Source: Octopus vulgaris (taxonomy: Eukaryota). Taken from it: 64,000 nucleotides of DNA. Shown one piece after another: positions 63,107-64,000 of the stretch. Location of the stretch: NCBI GenBank assembly GCA_951406725.2, contig OX597825.1, positions 30,628,001 through 30,692,000 of the forward strand, written 5' to 3'. A program made the position numbers and the translations under genes. The notes under the pieces are model-generated. The model did not search any database. It was not told the DNA's origin and saw nothing but the letters and a program-made list of their open reading frames with translations. Positions within the stretch are counted from its first letter, which is position 1, and every line of letters begins with the position of its first letter.

Positions 63107-64000
63107 CATTGTGTCTTCCCAGGTAAACTGACAACTGACCATTCAAAGAAGACTTCAAAAGCAACTAGTGGTGACTTCTCTTCAAAACGGACAAAATTTG
63201 GCATTATGCTGTTTTCAAGTAACTACAGAAAAATGGTTTAGCCCTCAAGGATATTCATATTGACAGGGTTGACACATTAGGGGATGATGCTCCAGCTTTA
63301 TCAACAGTGCAAAAGTGGGCAGCTGAATTTAGGAAGGAAAGCAGGAGTCTTGAATATGACTCAAGGTTTAGACGCCCTGAAAATGCCACCACCAAGGAAA
63401 ACATTGAGCATGATAACCACATGGTGATGGATGACAGGGGATTGACTATAAACCAAATAGCCAATGCTATTAGCATATCCTGTAAGAGAATTGGAAATAT
63501 ATTCTGCACAATGAACTTGGCATGATGAAGGTTTCTGCATCTTCTGATACCTGATCAAAAGTGCACCAGGATGATTACATTACAGGAAAATCTGACATTA
63601 TTTGAGTCAGATTCAGCTGGTTTTCTTGAATGTTTCCTAAACCACCATGAGTTAGGATTATCACTTTGAGCCAGAGACAAAGAGACAATCCATGCAGTGG
63701 AAACATCCCGCCTCACCTGCTCCAGAGAAGGCCAAAGTCATTTCATCTGTGAGGAAGGTGATGGCTTCACTTTTATGGGAAGCAAAAGGCACTGTGTTTA
63801 TTGACTATCTTGAAAAGGGCCACCTCAACAGTGCAGAGTATTATGCCATCTTGCCAAGGCAGTTATGAAAAGCATCAAGACCAAACTCCCAGGAAAGCTT
63901 ATAAAATTGGTCTTTTTTAATCAGGACAATGCTCCGCTACACAAATCATTGGCTTTAATGGCTGTTGTGCATGTTTGTGGTTTTGAATTGATTGATCACT

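Larger units (their letters stand above)
62361..64000 (+). mobile_element. Irritans-like mariner (decayed, runs off the window), interrupted at 62473-63106
   Basis: TIR-like GAGGGTGGGCTCAAAAGTTCA; LGDDAPALSTVQKWAAEFR, HFEPETKRQSMQWKHP, KVMAS...IDYLEKG, QDNAPLH. Confidence 0.9.

Overview
AT-rich eukaryotic genomic DNA, almost entirely microsatellites and interspersed repeats. No host protein-coding gene is confidently identifiable, so the window is probably intergenic or deep intronic. The repeat families suggest an Octopus-type cephalopod genome; this is an inference from recognition, not a database hit. They include three tRNA-headed SINE families, RTE LINEs with a PHD-like Cys insert and a shared (CAT)n tail, decayed mariner/DD37D transposons, hAT MITEs, Helitron-like ends, and Penelope-like (PLE), Tx1 and CR1/L2-like fragments. 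Nearly all ORFs in the track are microsatellite or transposon artefacts. Most notable is a ~630-bp palindromic insertion (62473-63106) inside a mariner. It consists of two head-to-head units, each a tRNA-like Pol III head, an (AAT)n spacer and a PLE-type tail carrying a minimal hammerhead-ribozyme motif. It is a candidate ribozyme-bearing, Penelope-mobilised SINE. Three more hammerhead-like PLE tails, many long fold-backs, a 30-bp minisatellite apparently amplified from a LINE RT motif, and a nested retroelement stack at 50-55 kb are also present. Coordinates were read by eye; boundaries of decayed repeats are approximate.
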